A DNA stretch of 63,436 bases, filler included, from Octopus bimaculoides (lineage: Eukaryota), in NCBI RefSeq assembly GCF_001194135.2. It is 5 parts of 4 records of this genome, joined end to end, with 100 filler letters (N's around TTAATTAATTAA, not from the genome) between each part and the next. Parts side by side here need not be neighbours in the genome. Positions count along the whole stretch, not along the records: positions 1 to 27,805 come from NC_068984.1; 4 more parts are not named here. One strand, given 5' to 3'. Made by a program: the position numbers and the translations under genes. Below, piece after piece: positions 12,388-24,943 of this stretch. The stretch's first letter is position 1. Every line of letters starts with the position of its first letter. Under the pieces are notes generated by a model, which made no database searches, had not been told where the DNA came from, and was given only the letters and a program-made list of their open reading frames with translations.

Positions 12388-13595
12388 CTGTGAGGAGAAA
12401 AATTAATATAAAAATATAAGGATTAATTCATTTGCATCTCTTTTGATTTTGTTAACTCTGACAATTCAAATGTAAGGGAAACAACCACCACATCTACTAG
12501 CTTCAATGACACTTTTTTTTTCAATGACCACCCAATGCACCTATATCTACAGCCATCAATGTTTATTGTGACATTCCACCACCAAAACACCCATAAAACA
12601 ACTGTATTCAATCTTATATAACAAACAAATGCCCCACCAAAAAATGAGGTTAAATTTAAATCATTCATAAAAAACTGTTTAATTAATTTACTCAATATAT
12701 TTTTCAGTTGAAAAATAAAACACTAACCAAAACCTATTCTACTGTTCATGAATTATTAATTTGCTAATTTAAGAAATCATTGGCTAACAAGAATATAGAA
12801 ATATTCAAGCAACTAAAAACTGTCTGAACTATGGTTGCAACCTTTAAGAACTCCTCTAAGCTTATACAGGCCACATCTCATTGGTTTCAGAATTACTTAT
12901 ACTTTGAGGAGACACCCTGACATTTCATCATCACCATCTTTTCTCTCTTCTGCTGCAAGACATCTGTTCCAGTCCCTCTATTATACTTCACTAACTAAAA
13001 GCCATCTCCTCAGCTGAAGTTGTCTTGTCTTGCAAGTTACTTGGTAACCTCAAAGAAGCACCCAGAGGTTGACATTAAGAAAGACATCCAACCATAGAAA
13101 CCATGCAAAAACATTCACTAAAACTGAAACAGTCCTCTAGTATATCAGATCCTGTGTAACCATCCAACCCATGACAGCATGGAAAATGGATGTTAAACAA
13201 TGATGGTTCAAAGTGAAAAAAAACTGTTTAACCCTTAGTTTTCTTTTAACACAGGAAATTTTCCCTCTAAAACCAATAGATAGAAGGTTTAAACAGCATT
13301 GTTAAGACTAACGTCAATTCTCAATATATGCCAAAAACCTTAAAATGTTTTATTTAAATAAGATGTATTAAAAAGATAAGATCTATTAAATGTTGTCTGT
13401 TGATATGGACCTAAAAATATTAAATCTCACAGAAGTTAAATAAGGACAATATAGATCTAAAAATTCTTTTGTATAAAGAGCAAGAAACTTCTGTTTGATT
13501 TTCCTGTTTTACATCACTTATTCTAAGCTAGCCGGTTCTGATGTTAAGGAAATATTTTTTTAGCATTGCAGAATATAGGGGAATATAATTCTTAC

Positions 13596-13672
13596 CTCCA
13601 TAGGAAGATTAAAAGATCCAGCTTGTTGAATAGGCCACGAACCAGATGTTAAAACTTGTATACTGAAATCAA
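13596..13672 (-). CDS. CUL1: Cullin-1 exon (I)DFSIQVLTSGSWPIQQAGSFNLPME (77 nt; RBX1-contacting beta strand)
   Basis: ttttgcAG acceptor, GTAAGA donor, phases 1 to 0. Confidence 0.95.
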
Positions 13673-13739
13673 CTGCAAAAACAAAGCAAAAATTAAATTT
13701 TTTTAAATCAATGCAAGAGAGAAGTTTAGTTATATGATG

Positions 13740-14217
13740 TGGATGGATGTCAATAGTTCCATAAAGTGCCGATCTCTAAAGTAGATGGAACACGTGGAAG
13801 AGGAGACCCAGGAAAACATGGGATGAAGTACTGAAGGATGACTTCAGGATGCCGAATTACTCAGACAAGATGATAAAGGACCAAGATCTCTGGTGCCTTG
13901 TTGTACTCAAGAAGACCAGTTCTCCACAGCAGAAGTGTTAAGGTTGCTCCCCCTGGTGAAGAGGATTGGCCTCCAAGAGTCCTGTGCCAAAGCCATGTAA
14001 AAAACACTTGTGTTGGTGCCATGTGAAAGCACTCATGTTGTGCTGTTACAAGCACGCACTACACACTGCAAAGTGATTGGTATTAGGAAGGGTATCCACC
14101 CTTAGAAACCATTCCAAATCAAATTGGAGCCTGGCACAGGTGTCCAGCTTGCCAGCTCTAGTCAAAACATCCAACCCATGACAGCATGGAAAACAGACGT
14201 TAAAGGATGATGATGAA
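13740..14217 (+). mobile_element. RTE LINE 3' end
   Basis: GRG.PRKTWDEVLKDD-type remnant followed by the shared RTE 3'UTR and (GAT)n. Confidence 0.75.
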
Positions 14218-14440
14218 CTATATATTTTTATTTTTAGAATATTTTAAACAAAAAAGAATTAACAAGAAAATTTATTAACAAGAAAAATCCAGTTCACACA
14301 AATCCTATTAGAATGAAAATGTTTCTAAGAAAATATTTTAAGTCAGCTAAGAAAACAAGTAATGCTATATCATCACTTGTAATGAAATACTCTTGATGGA
14401 AACAGTCATAAATAACTTAAGAATCTAAAAATATACTTAC

Positions 14441-14561
14441 TGTCTAATGGTTGTGAAGATGCTTGCAGATATTTCTTGAATCTTTCATTAAGATCTTTGC
14501 TAACCCCAATATCCTGAAACATTCGCTGGAGCTTTGAGGTGTATTCAAAGCCACAGGCTTG
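14441..14561 (-). CDS. CUL1: Cullin-1 exon [25 protein letters not shown]...QPLD (121 nt)
   Basis: gttcacAG acceptor, GTAAGT donor. Confidence 0.97.
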
Positions 14562-15352
14562 CTGTGAACAAAATTTTTAAAACAAGAATCTTGTTAAAAC
14601 AGATTAAATTTCTTACTTCTTAGTTTAAAAAAAAAAAAAATATATATATATAAATAAATTTAAAAAAACAGAAAAGAATATTTTCAATAGAATTAATTTA
14701 GTCAATCCCTGGTTGTTACTGAAATTCATTTTATTAATCTCTAAAAGAGGATATGCAAAGTTTGATCCTGAGAAGATCTGAACTGAAAAAATATAAGAGA
14801 TAAAAACTAAATATTTTAACCCTTTTGATTGCTCTTGGTTTTATGATACAAACTTTTAAAGAGATCTAAATTAAAACCCTCCATCAAAATTTCAGGNNNN
14901 NNNNNNNNNNNNNNNNNNNNNNNNNNNNNNNNNNNNNNNNNNNNNNNNNNTTCATCCATTTTTACATTCTGAGTTCATACTCCACTGGGGTCAACTTTAT
15001 CTTTTATCCTTTCAGAGTCAGTAATTAGTATACCCCAGATTAGTTTATCCAATGTTTCCTTTTTAAGGGACTTGGGTGTGGTTTAAAGTAGGTTCGGTTG
15101 CTTTATCAAGCATATCAAGTAACCATTTAAAAGTGATTGCTTCCTCTGGAACCCTGATTTTATTGTGGACATTGTGTCATAATATTTCAGTGATAATTCT
15201 GCCGAGGTCAACTTCACCTTTCATCTTTTCTGGGTTGATAAATTAAGTACCAGTTGCATACTGGAGTCGATCTAATCGACTGGCCCCCTCCTCCAAAATT
15301 TCAGGCCTTGTGCCTAGAGTAGAAAAGAATATTTCAGTGATTTCTATTTTAA

Positions 15353-15584
15353 TCCTTTAGCATTCAGATTATTCTGTCAAATGTATTACTTATTTAATTA
15401 ATCATGCATTATCTCTGTTTTGAATTAATTATGCATTATCCCTTAACTTTGAGATTCTGAAGATGCAACTGTTTATTTTTGGAATGACATTGCAGAGTAG
15501 GTGTGAGAAGCCTGATCTAGTCAGTTTGAACACAAAACAGGAAGAATATTTGAGCCAGATATGGCTGGTTTGAATGCTAAAGGG
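15353..15584. mobile_element. TTAA-flanked (piggyBac-like) MITE, 232 bp
   Basis: TTAA|TCCTTTAGCATTCAGA ... TTTGAATGCTAAAGGG|TTAA. Confidence 0.85.
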
Positions 15585-15819
15585 TTAAACACTAAAGAGA
15601 AATTGTAAGGGAATACTTGTTTGCCCCTTTGAATGGTTTTGGTAATTAAACAGGCATATTTTTCCTGGCAGGTACAGATTGAATTATGCTCTTTGATAAG
15701 GCAAATTACTTTTGTTTGGCAAACTTAGTAAACAAAAACACTCAGCAGTCAAAAAGAAAAAATTCATGGTCTTTATTTTTATTCTTATTTTTGTGTCCTT
15801 TGTCGTAAATCTTTCATCA

Positions 15820-16101
<282 letters not shown>

Positions 16102-17023
16102 TTAATAAGAACAGTCAATAAAGCATACTTAAAATATGAAATCAAATATAAGTTTTATTTTAGTTTTGTTCAACACCCAAAGTTATTTTCATCACATTTT
16201 GTTTAGCAATGAAAAATATGGTTTGGAGAAGAATCCACTTTCTTTTAATATTAAACAGAGATAGCAGGTATGACAGTGGAGTTAAGAAGTTCGATTCCCA
16301 ACTACATAGTTTCAAGTTAAGTTCCACAAGACAACTTGCATAAGTGTCTTCCAATATAGCTCAACGTTGACCAAAGCTTTGCAAGTGGATTCAATAGAGA
16401 GAAACTGAAAGAAGCTTGTCATGTATGTGTGTGAGTGTATACATATGTATGTATGTATCTGTTATAAGCAACAGAAGCATTATTAGATTAAAATAGCCAT
16501 CAATGTATCATACTTAATGTAAATACATCATGAATGGCAAATTTACTGTGGTAATCATCCAGAGAACATGTATTGGAGGCAGATGAAAATTATCCTAACT
16601 GGGCAGACATCAGTGATCATTTATTCACTGTTTTCCTATATATCGGTGGTGAAAAATTTTGTCTCGGCAAGCAGCTAGATTCAAGTACATGCTATTGACA
16701 ATGCCCAACAAAGCAGAAATGCATCTACCATTTTCACTCACTGCTGCAGCTGGGATGAAGTTAAACTTAACAGAATTTAAACTCGAAACTTAATAACATA
16801 AAACAAAATACTGTAAGACAATTGATTGTCACTCTACCGATTCTGTCACTGTTGATGACAACAATGATAATATAATGTTGCAGATAAAAAAAATCTTAAA
16901 TTATAAACAACATTTTGTTTACTGAAGAATATATCCTTGGATTTGATTATGCCATATTCCTGGCAATATCATCTGCCGATTTCCTCCAAGCTTTCTACTG
17001 TAAACAACAAGCAGTCAACTTAC

Positions 17024-17072
17024 CACCTGATTTAAAATATCTTCCAATTCTTCTTCTTCAGGATTCTTGGAA
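17024..17072 (-). CDS. CUL1: Cullin-1 exon (S)SKNPEEEELEDILNQV (49 nt)
   Basis: ttttccAG acceptor, GTAAGT donor, phases 2 to 0. Confidence 0.93.
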
Positions 17073-17129
17073 CTGGAAAATAACATGAAACATTATACAA
17101 GCTGATGTTTGATTGATATCTACCCCTCA

Positions 17130-18135
17130 TCCTTTATACTGTCCTCTCCACTCACATTTTACATAGCCCCTTCACTTCTGAACCACCAAATCATCTCACC
17201 TTGGCCATCACCATACATCTCTCACACTCCCCCATGCTCTATGCTTGGCTCTCTCTTCCTCTCCCACATTCTTGCTATCTACCAAACTACTCATCATACC
17301 TCTCTCTTTCATCATCATTACTATTCTGCCACTCTTCACCCCCCCCCCATATATCAATGGTTACACCCCACCCCTTATCTACCATCACTACATCGACCAC
17401 TCCCAACCCTATCCAACTTACAGTTGTCACCTACTCTTCCCCACTTCCCCTACTTATTATTCACTCAACACTTATTCTTCATTCATTCTATTCACTACTT
17501 CACCTGTTTCTGCCTCTGTCTCACACTAACCTTTCATCATCTGACACACGATCACCTCCTCCAATGACCCCCTCCTCTCTCGAAAATTCTTTGTTTTGCA
17601 AGTTATTTGGTGACCCTGTCAGTGCTGGTGCCATGTAAAAAATATCCAGTCCACACTGTGAAGTGGTTGGCATCTGGAAGGGCATCTAGCTGTAGAAACC
17701 ATGCCAAAACTGACCTCATCTGTGCTGATGCCACATAAAAAGCACTCATGCCACTCTGTGGGGTGATTAGTGTTAGGAAGGGCATCCACCTGTAAAAACC
17801 ATGTCAAAACAGAAGCATGGTGTAGTCTTCTACCTGGTCAGCTTCTGTCAAACCCATGCCAGCATGAAAGGCAGACGTTAAATGATGATGATGATGATGA
17901 CCTCACCCATTCCCCGTCTCTCACTCTCATACACTCCATCAACTTCTACCCCCTCCACATTCCCACTTTGCTTACCTTCATTCACTTATCACCTCATACC
18001 TTGAGGGTCCAAACAGACATCTCACCACCACTATTTTTATCTCTTTGCTCTGCAATCCCAATCAACCCCACCATCTCTACTAAAATGTCAGTAGACACAT
18101 GGTCTGACTACAGTAAGAAGCCTGTTCATAAGTCT
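17130..18135 (+). repeat. Unclassified pyrimidine-rich dispersed repeat interrupted by an RTE tail (~17620-17900)
   Basis: Similar to 25720-26145 (+) and 19130-19710 (-); the two plus copies end in CTCTACTA(A/C)AATGT.AGTA...CTACAGTAAGAA. Confidence 0.6.
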
Positions 18136-18651
18136 GTTTTTCCATGGTAGAATGGGTTTGACAGGGAGTTACATATAAGGAAGGAATTTTTATGGCAAGA
18201 GGTTCTTTCACCAATCTTACTTTTCAAGTAAGAGATTTTTTTTTTGTTGCCAGTGTCATGCAAATGGCACCTGTGAAATCATAATCATGGTTGTTACCGG
18301 TGTCATGTCATGTCATGTGCTGGTGGCACATAAAAAGTACCCATTACACTCTCGAAGTGGTTGGCACTATGAAGGACATCCAGTCGTAGAAACCATGCCA
18401 AATCAGGCTGGAACCTGATGAAGCTCTCCGGCTTACCAATTCCAGTCAAACCATCTAACCCCTGCCAGCATGGAAAGCAGACGTTAAATGATGGTGATCA
18501 TCATCATCAACATCATTTAAAGCACAGAGCAACTAGCTAGAATGTCAATAGAGAAAGCCAACATCATCACCAATGCACTCAGGCAATGACAAGGGCAGAA
18601 TATCAACAGACACACACACGTATGTATACAATGCAAGCTTCTTACAGTTTC

Positions 18652-18882
18652 TTATTCCTTTATTGCCCACAAGGGGCTAAACATAGAGGAGACAAACAAG
18701 GACAGAAAAAGGGATTAAGTCAATTACATCGACCCCAGTGCATAACTGGTACTTAATTTGTCGACCCCAAAAGAATGAAAGGCAAAGTCGACCTCGGCAG
18801 AATTTGAACTCAGAATATAGCGGCAGACAAAATACTGCTAAGCATTTCGCCCAGTGTGCTAACGTTTCTGCCAGCTCGCTGC
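18652..18882 (-). mobile_element. SINE family B (Nin/Deu-like central domain) nested in a family A remnant
   Basis: 14-bp TSD CTTCTTACAGTTTC at 18638-18651 and 18883-18896. Confidence 0.85.
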
Positions 18883-20499
18883 CTTCTTACAGTTTCTGTC
18901 TACCAAATTCACTCACAAGGCATTGGTCAACGTGGAGCTATATCATCGTCATTATCATTTAATGTCCATATTCCATGCTGGCACGGTTTGGACAGTTTGA
19001 AAGGATCTGATGGGTCAAAGGACTGCACTGTGTTCCAGTGACTTTTAAAACGGTTTCCAACAGTTGGATGCCCTTCTTAATACCAACCACTTTATAGCGT
19101 GTACTAAGTACTTTTTACATGCCATTAGAACTAGTGAGGTCACCCTGCAGCTTGCACAATTACAGAACCTGGAGTTCAGAGGGAGGGGCTTTATATGATG
19201 AGATGTTTAAGTATGAAAGGGAAGGGTGAGGAAGTTCTTGTAGAGGAGCTAAGTGGTTACTCACATTTAGGAGAGAGAGTAAGAATTATTAGTAGGAGCT
19301 TCAAGTCCCAGTGGTTACTCAAGGTGCAAAGTGAGAAGTGTATTGGGACAGAGGAACTAGGAGTGCAGGTGGGTGAGGGGTTGCAAGAGCATCTGAGGGA
19401 GCAAGAGATAAGGGATGGAAGGTAACAACTATAAGGATTGGGTAAGACTGAAGGGTGGATGTAGGGAGTGACAGATGACCAATGATGGAAGAGCTAAGGA
19501 AGGGGAAATAGAAGAGAATAGGGAAGAGTGGTAATATAGTAACAGTGATAGTAATGATGATACAGTTTACAGACAAGAGAGAGATATATGGTTGGATAGG
19601 CTATATGAGAGTGGGGGAGAGGGGAGACAGGCAGGTATAGTGCATGAAGGGAGATAATTTGGTGGTTCTGGAGAAGGATGATCACTGCAACATGTAGTAA
19701 GAACAATAATTAACACTTATGTAACGATTTTTGTCCTAGGGTAGCAACTGTTATTTACAATTTGCTTATCCCTAGAAAGTATGAAAATTTACTATTTCCT
19801 TCAAACTTTGCTTTTCTTACATATAATTAAAACCCCAAAGAATTCCTCTCAACACATGGCTATGATGCTCCCCAACTACTACTGCAGTACATATTGTCCT
19901 CCACTATGCTCAAGTGATTAAGACGAAGCAAATGACAGGCAAATCTGTGGTACTTAGCAGATTATTTGTTATTACGATATTTTTGCTTCAGCAACTCTGC
20001 ACTAAATCTGTCTGATATGTAATGGAAAATAGCTCACTTTCCAAACATTGATGTCCAGGTCATAAAAGCAAAGCTTGAAGGGAATAGCAGTTGTTTCCTT
20101 TGATTTCTAGAGAGAAGCAAATAGGAAATAACACTTACTGACCAAAACCAAAGACAAAAAAAAAATTTTAATTTTGTTACACAGTGTAATCAATGACAAG
20201 TAAAATGGATCTAGGTAGCAAGAAAACTAGGACTGCCTCAAGGGAAATGGAGAGTCAGAATAAAAGAGATGATGGATGGTGGGGAGCTGTTCAAAGGAGA
20301 CTATTTGGCAGGCTGAAAATTATTTGTGGTGCCACACAGTGGGACTGAAACCAAAACCACGTGATTGCAAAAAAAACTTCTCAATCAAACAGCCATTCCT
20401 AGACTTATTGGTTGAAACTCTCACAGAAACAATTTATGAAAGTAATATTTAAAGGAAAATCTGAAAATAGTAGTTGATTCAGAAAGCAATAAATGTTAC

Positions 20500-20603
20500 C
20501 TTTTCTTCAGTAGAAGATCACAGTATCTGGCCAAAAGTTCAGGGGATTTCTTGGAATTTTCTTTCTTCGTAACGTAATTATCATTAATGAATTTACCACA
20601 AGC
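20500..20603 (-). CDS. CUL1: Cullin-1 exon ACGKFINDN...[16 protein letters not shown] (104 nt)
   Basis: ttcccAG acceptor, GTAACA donor, cullin [11 protein letters not shown] motif. Confidence 0.96.
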
Positions 20604-21353
20604 CTGGGAATTGCAAGACAAGAATAGAGAATGGTTCAGAATCAATAAAACAAGTGTAAAGAAGAAATTACAAATCAATAGTGTCTGCAGACTAGCAGCC
20701 AATAATTCAATAAAAGCATCATCCACAGACCATAGAATTTCTCAACAATGCCAATCTGAACTGAAGATTTTTCCACAGTTATATGAAGAATTCAATAAAG
20801 AGAACAAATGTAAAACCAGCCCATAGCAACCAGAGACAAAAACAAACACTGGGTTATGTATGCATTTAAGTAAAATTCTGTGATCTGCTCTGTTTCACTG
20901 TTTAGTTTGGCCGTCCAAAACTGACTTGGAAAGGACTGTGAAACCATCTGGTTGTAAAGCAAACTTCTTAACTCCACAGCCATGCTTGGGCCTATGTGTG
21001 TATGAATATGTGCAAAGGTGAATATGTTTGCATGCATGCACCTAGGTTTTGCAATATCAAGGGAAATCAATAAAAATGGGCCGAACGTTTCGTAACCAAT
21101 AATCATCATAAGGTTGAAACAGTATTCGTAGTCATCATCATCATCATAGTTTAAATGTCTACTTTAACATGCTAGAATGGGTGAAACAGTGTTTATTGAG
21201 GTAGATTTTACAACTGGGTGCACTTCTTGTCACCAACATTCACTTGTTTTCAAACAAGGCAATATTTCCCTATGACCAGACATGTCTCTCATAGAAGATT
21301 GGAAATGAACATCACTAGTAATTACTATTATTACATGATGTCAAGACAATGGT

Positions 21354-21398
<45 letters not shown>

Positions 21399-21581
21399 GC
21401 AGGCTTCTTTCACATTCCATCTACCAAATCCACTCATATGGTTTTGGTGAGAACATGACAATAGTAGAAATGCCTGCCTAAGGTGTGTCAAAGAGGAGCT
21501 GAGCTTGAAACTAGATGGCTGAGAAACAAAACAAAAAAAACAAAAAATGGTCTTAAAACATCATCTTCTTTTAAAACTTAC

Positions 21582-21689
21582 CTTATCTAGAGCGGCAACA
21601 AAGCCAGAGTCATTGTTGAAAGCCTCACTAACTAACTTGTTGTATTTTACATGAACATTAAGAATAGTCTGTACATAGGTCTTGGGGTC
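21582..21689 (-). CDS. CUL1: Cullin-1 exon [13 protein letters not shown]...GFVAALDK (108 nt)
   Basis: ttttcAG acceptor, GTAAGT donor. Confidence 0.95.
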
Positions 21690-22237
21690 CTGAAAAATAA
21701 ACGAAAATAATTTTTTAAAAATAAATAAATAAAATTATCTCATTATAAAGTATATCATCATATGATACATGTAATAGTGCTATAATGTAATATTTTATAA
21801 TAATGCTTAGACCCTACACACACACATACACACACACACACACACACACAGTTTACTTTAGTTTGCAGTAATTCAAAATACAAGCACCCTTTACAGAAGG
21901 AAGATGCGACCTTGATTAATCTTTATTAAGTATAAGGAAGTTAGAGTGAAGTGGATGAATGGATAAGGTGTTATACTATTTACTCAAAGGTAATGAGTTC
22001 AAATTGACTGCTACCATTCCATTATGCTTCTCACCAGAACTCTATTTCTACAACCTCACTTCACTTGGTTGTCAGGAACTTCTTTATAATTGTAATAGCC
22101 AACGTAAATGTTGGTTGGTTGATATCTCCAGTCACGTGTTACATTGCATAGAGAGAGGGAGTAAAGGAGAGATAGAAAATGAATATAAGCGCAGGATGGA
22201 TGCACATACAAGGCTTGGTGGCAGGCAATGAGTAAAG

Positions 22238-22296
<59 letters not shown>

Positions 22297-22306
22297 NNNN
22301 NNNNNN

Positions 22307-22339
<33 letters not shown>

Positions 22340-22485
22340 TGGGAAAAAATTATAGAGACAGAGGAGGAAGAGAGAGAGTAAATGACAGAGTAATTCTGGG
22401 AGAAGTCATAGAAATGAGAAATTTGTTTAATTTACTTTAAGGTAATAAATATTATTCTTTTGAAGGTTAATATTTATATGTGCAT

Positions 22486-22806
22486 GTGAAGGCACATGGC
22501 TTAGTGGTTAAGGTATTTGGCTCATGATTGTAAGATTGTGAGTTCCATTCTTGGCAGTGCATGGTATCCTTGAGCAAGACACTTTATTTCATATTGCTCC
22601 AGGCTCCTCAGCTAACAGAGTTGTTCCTGTAATTCAAAGGGCCAGTCTTGTCACATTCTGTGTCACACTGAATCTCTCTCAGAACTACATTAAGGGTACG
22701 CGTGTCTGTGGAGTGCTCAGCCATTTGCACATTAATTTTACAAGTAAGCTGTTCCCGTTGATCGGATCAACTGGAACCCTCACTGTCATAACCAACAGAG
22801 TACCAG
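22486..22806 (+). mobile_element. tRNA-derived SINE family D (3' half shared with family C)
   Basis: GTGAAGGCACATGGCTTAGTGG head, TCCTTGAGCAAGACACTT, then ATTCAAAGGGCCAG...GATCAACTGGAACCC. Confidence 0.8.
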
Positions 22807-23058
22807 TTCATGTATCTGCGTGTGAGTTTATGTACATATATCAGCATCTGCAATTTATCAAGCAAAAATACGGTACAGTATTCGGTTACTTCCCTTCCGA
22901 CCGATGTCAATTTGCCATTTTGTCACTCACAAATCAATAAAGTACAGAACAAAGTATTGCTGGACAATCGATCAGAGACCCTTCAAGATAATGACCAAGC
23001 ATGCCCCCCCCCCACCTTGTCCAATGCCTGAAAAAAACCCCAGCAGAATATATGATAG

Positions 23059-23286
23059 GCGAGCTGGCAGAAACATTAGCACGCCGGGCGAAATGCTTAG
23101 CAGTATTTCGTCTGCTGTTACATTCTCAGTTCAAATTCCGCGGAGGTCGACTTAGCCTGTCATCCTTTCGGGGGTCGATTAAATAAGTACCAGTTATGCA
23201 CTGGGGTCAATGTAATCGACTTAATCCCTTTGTCTGTCCTTGTTTGTCCCCTCTATGTTTAGCCCCTTGTGGGCAATAGAGAAATA
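23059..23286 (+). mobile_element. SINE family B, young full copy
   Basis: 14-bp TSD AGAATATATGATAG at 23045-23058 and 23287-23300; lies about 45 nt into the intron after the CUL1 donor at 23343. Confidence 0.88.
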
Positions 23287-23343
23287 AGAATATATGATAG
23301 AGTCTGCTAAGAAATAATAATGACAAAGCAGCCTAACACTTAC

Positions 23344-23474
23344 ATTCACAGCCATTTCTCCACATTTCTCAATTGCAGCAAGACCTTGGTTGTAGATATG
23401 ATTCTTTAAAAAAATACGTAATTCTCCTAGGCCATCCTTTATTCGGGATACCAACTGATACATTCGCCTTAAAT
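23344..23474 (-). CDS. CUL1: Cullin-1 exon (D)[18 protein letters not shown]...CGEMAVN (131 nt)
   Basis: tttcAG acceptor, GTAAGT donor, phases 1 to 0. Confidence 0.95.
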
Positions 23475-24061
23475 CTGAAATGAATAAGCAAAACTAATTT
23501 GAACAACAGTTAATTCAGTTTGTAGATAACATACAGGCATGGCAGCTGTATGCTTAAGAAGTTCACTTTGCAGCTACTTGGTTTAGTGTTCAGTCTCACT
23601 GCACAACAGCTTGACCAAACCCTCAGCTGACCAACGTTTTGTGAATTAATTTGGTAAACAGAAATGGATTAGATGCCCATCATGTGTGTGCCTTTTTAAT
23701 AAAATTTGTGATTATTTATATTCCAAACATCAAATTAATAATTACAAAGTTATTTTACTAAATTCTTCATTCGTTTCAAAATTAAGTGAAAGGAAGGTGA
23801 AGTATTACGACAGAAAAATGCCAACAAATGCATTGAACATACTATCATCAGAAACACCCAAAGAGAAGGGAGAAAATAAACCTAAAAATCACAAAAAACC
23901 CACCACTTATTATTGAACAATATTCTAGTTCACTCACAAAAAAAATAAAAGTTACACATTTCTACCAAAATCCCTTTTGAGAAGCATTCTCTCATTTGAT
24001 GGGTTAAATAAGATTAATTAAATATTGATGAATTCAGGTAGAATTAAATGTTGGGACTTAC

Positions 24062-24224
24062 CTTCATTCTTGTCATCCTTCAACAAATTTTGGAACTCAA
24101 TGTGAAAGAGGTCAATGTGATTTTCTATCAATGTTTTCTCACACATATATGATAAAGCATTTAGTGTAGTTAAATGAAGATAAAGTTGAACACGGTTATG
24201 TTCTTCTGTAAGTCTGGTCTCAGC
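24062..24224 (-). CDS. CUL1: Cullin-1 exon AETRLTEEHNRVQLYLH...FQNLLKDDKNE (163 nt)
   Basis: tttcAG acceptor, GTAAGT donor; not in the ORF track but open and homologous to CUL1. Confidence 0.93.
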
Positions 24225-24478
24225 CTGAAATGAAATATATTAAATGCATTAAAAAATATGAAGATAAAGAAATTAAGATTATTATCTTCTCATTACTTTG
24301 ATAACCAAGGAATCACTAAGAAGTAATTTACTTCTTAGTAAGCCCAAAGTATAAGATTCCCTATTTTTGTTCTCTTTGAACAAAAACAAATCTGAGATAC
24401 GGTTCTATATTTAAGAGATGAGGAATTATGTACAATATTTACATTCAATGGATACTTGTCCTCATCTTGTTTGTTGTT

Positions 24479-24524
24479 AACACAATGTTTCGGCTGATAT
24501 ACCCTCCAGCCTTCTTCAGGTGTC
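24479..24524 (-). ncRNA. Minimal type I hammerhead ribozyme motif
   Basis: GACAC-CTGAAGA-A-GGCTG(10 nt)CAGCC-GAA-ACAT-T-GTGTT; core, stem I and stem II intact; ACAT replaces the palindromic ACGT. Confidence 0.65.
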
Positions 24525-24799
24525 TTGGGGAAATTTCGAACCTGGGTTCTCATTTCTAAGGTATTTTTCGATATTATTATTATTAATAGTAGTATTGTTA
24601 TATTGTTATTGTTCAGATTACTGCCTGGAATCAAACGCCATATGCCCATGGGCATATGGTGTAGTGGTTAACAGCACGGGTTACTAACCCCAAGATTCCA
24701 AGTTTGATTCCAAGCAGTGACCTGAACAATAACAATACTAATAATAATAATATCAAAAAATACCTTAGGAATGAGAACCCAGGTTCTAAATTTCCCCAA

Positions 24800-24842
24800 G
24801 ACACCTGAAGAAGGCTGGAGGGTATATCAGCTAAAACGTGTT
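24800..24842 (+). ncRNA. Degenerate hammerhead motif (right arm)
   Basis: GACAC-CTGAAGA-A-GGCTG(10)CAGCT-AAA-ACGT-GTT; G12 lost and a 2-nt deletion, so probably inactive. Confidence 0.5.
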
Positions 24843-24943
24843 AACAACAAACAAGATGAGGACAAATATCCATCGAATGTAAATAATGTAAATAAATCTG
24901 AGATGTTGGATTTTTTTTACTCACCCAACCTGCAGAAAATTAA

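Larger units (their letters stand above)
24399..24893. mobile_element. Head-to-head inverted non-autonomous element: tRNA-like head, (AAT)n and Penelope-type hammerhead tail in both arms
   Basis: 11-bp TSD AAATCTGAGAT (24388-24398, 24894-24904); central 22-bp palindrome 24638-24659; arms are reverse complements. Confidence 0.85.

Noticed and set aside
24650-24725. Functional tRNA gene (also other SINE heads)
   Set aside because: No acceptor-stem pairing, altered B box, followed by repeat body; these are SINE heads
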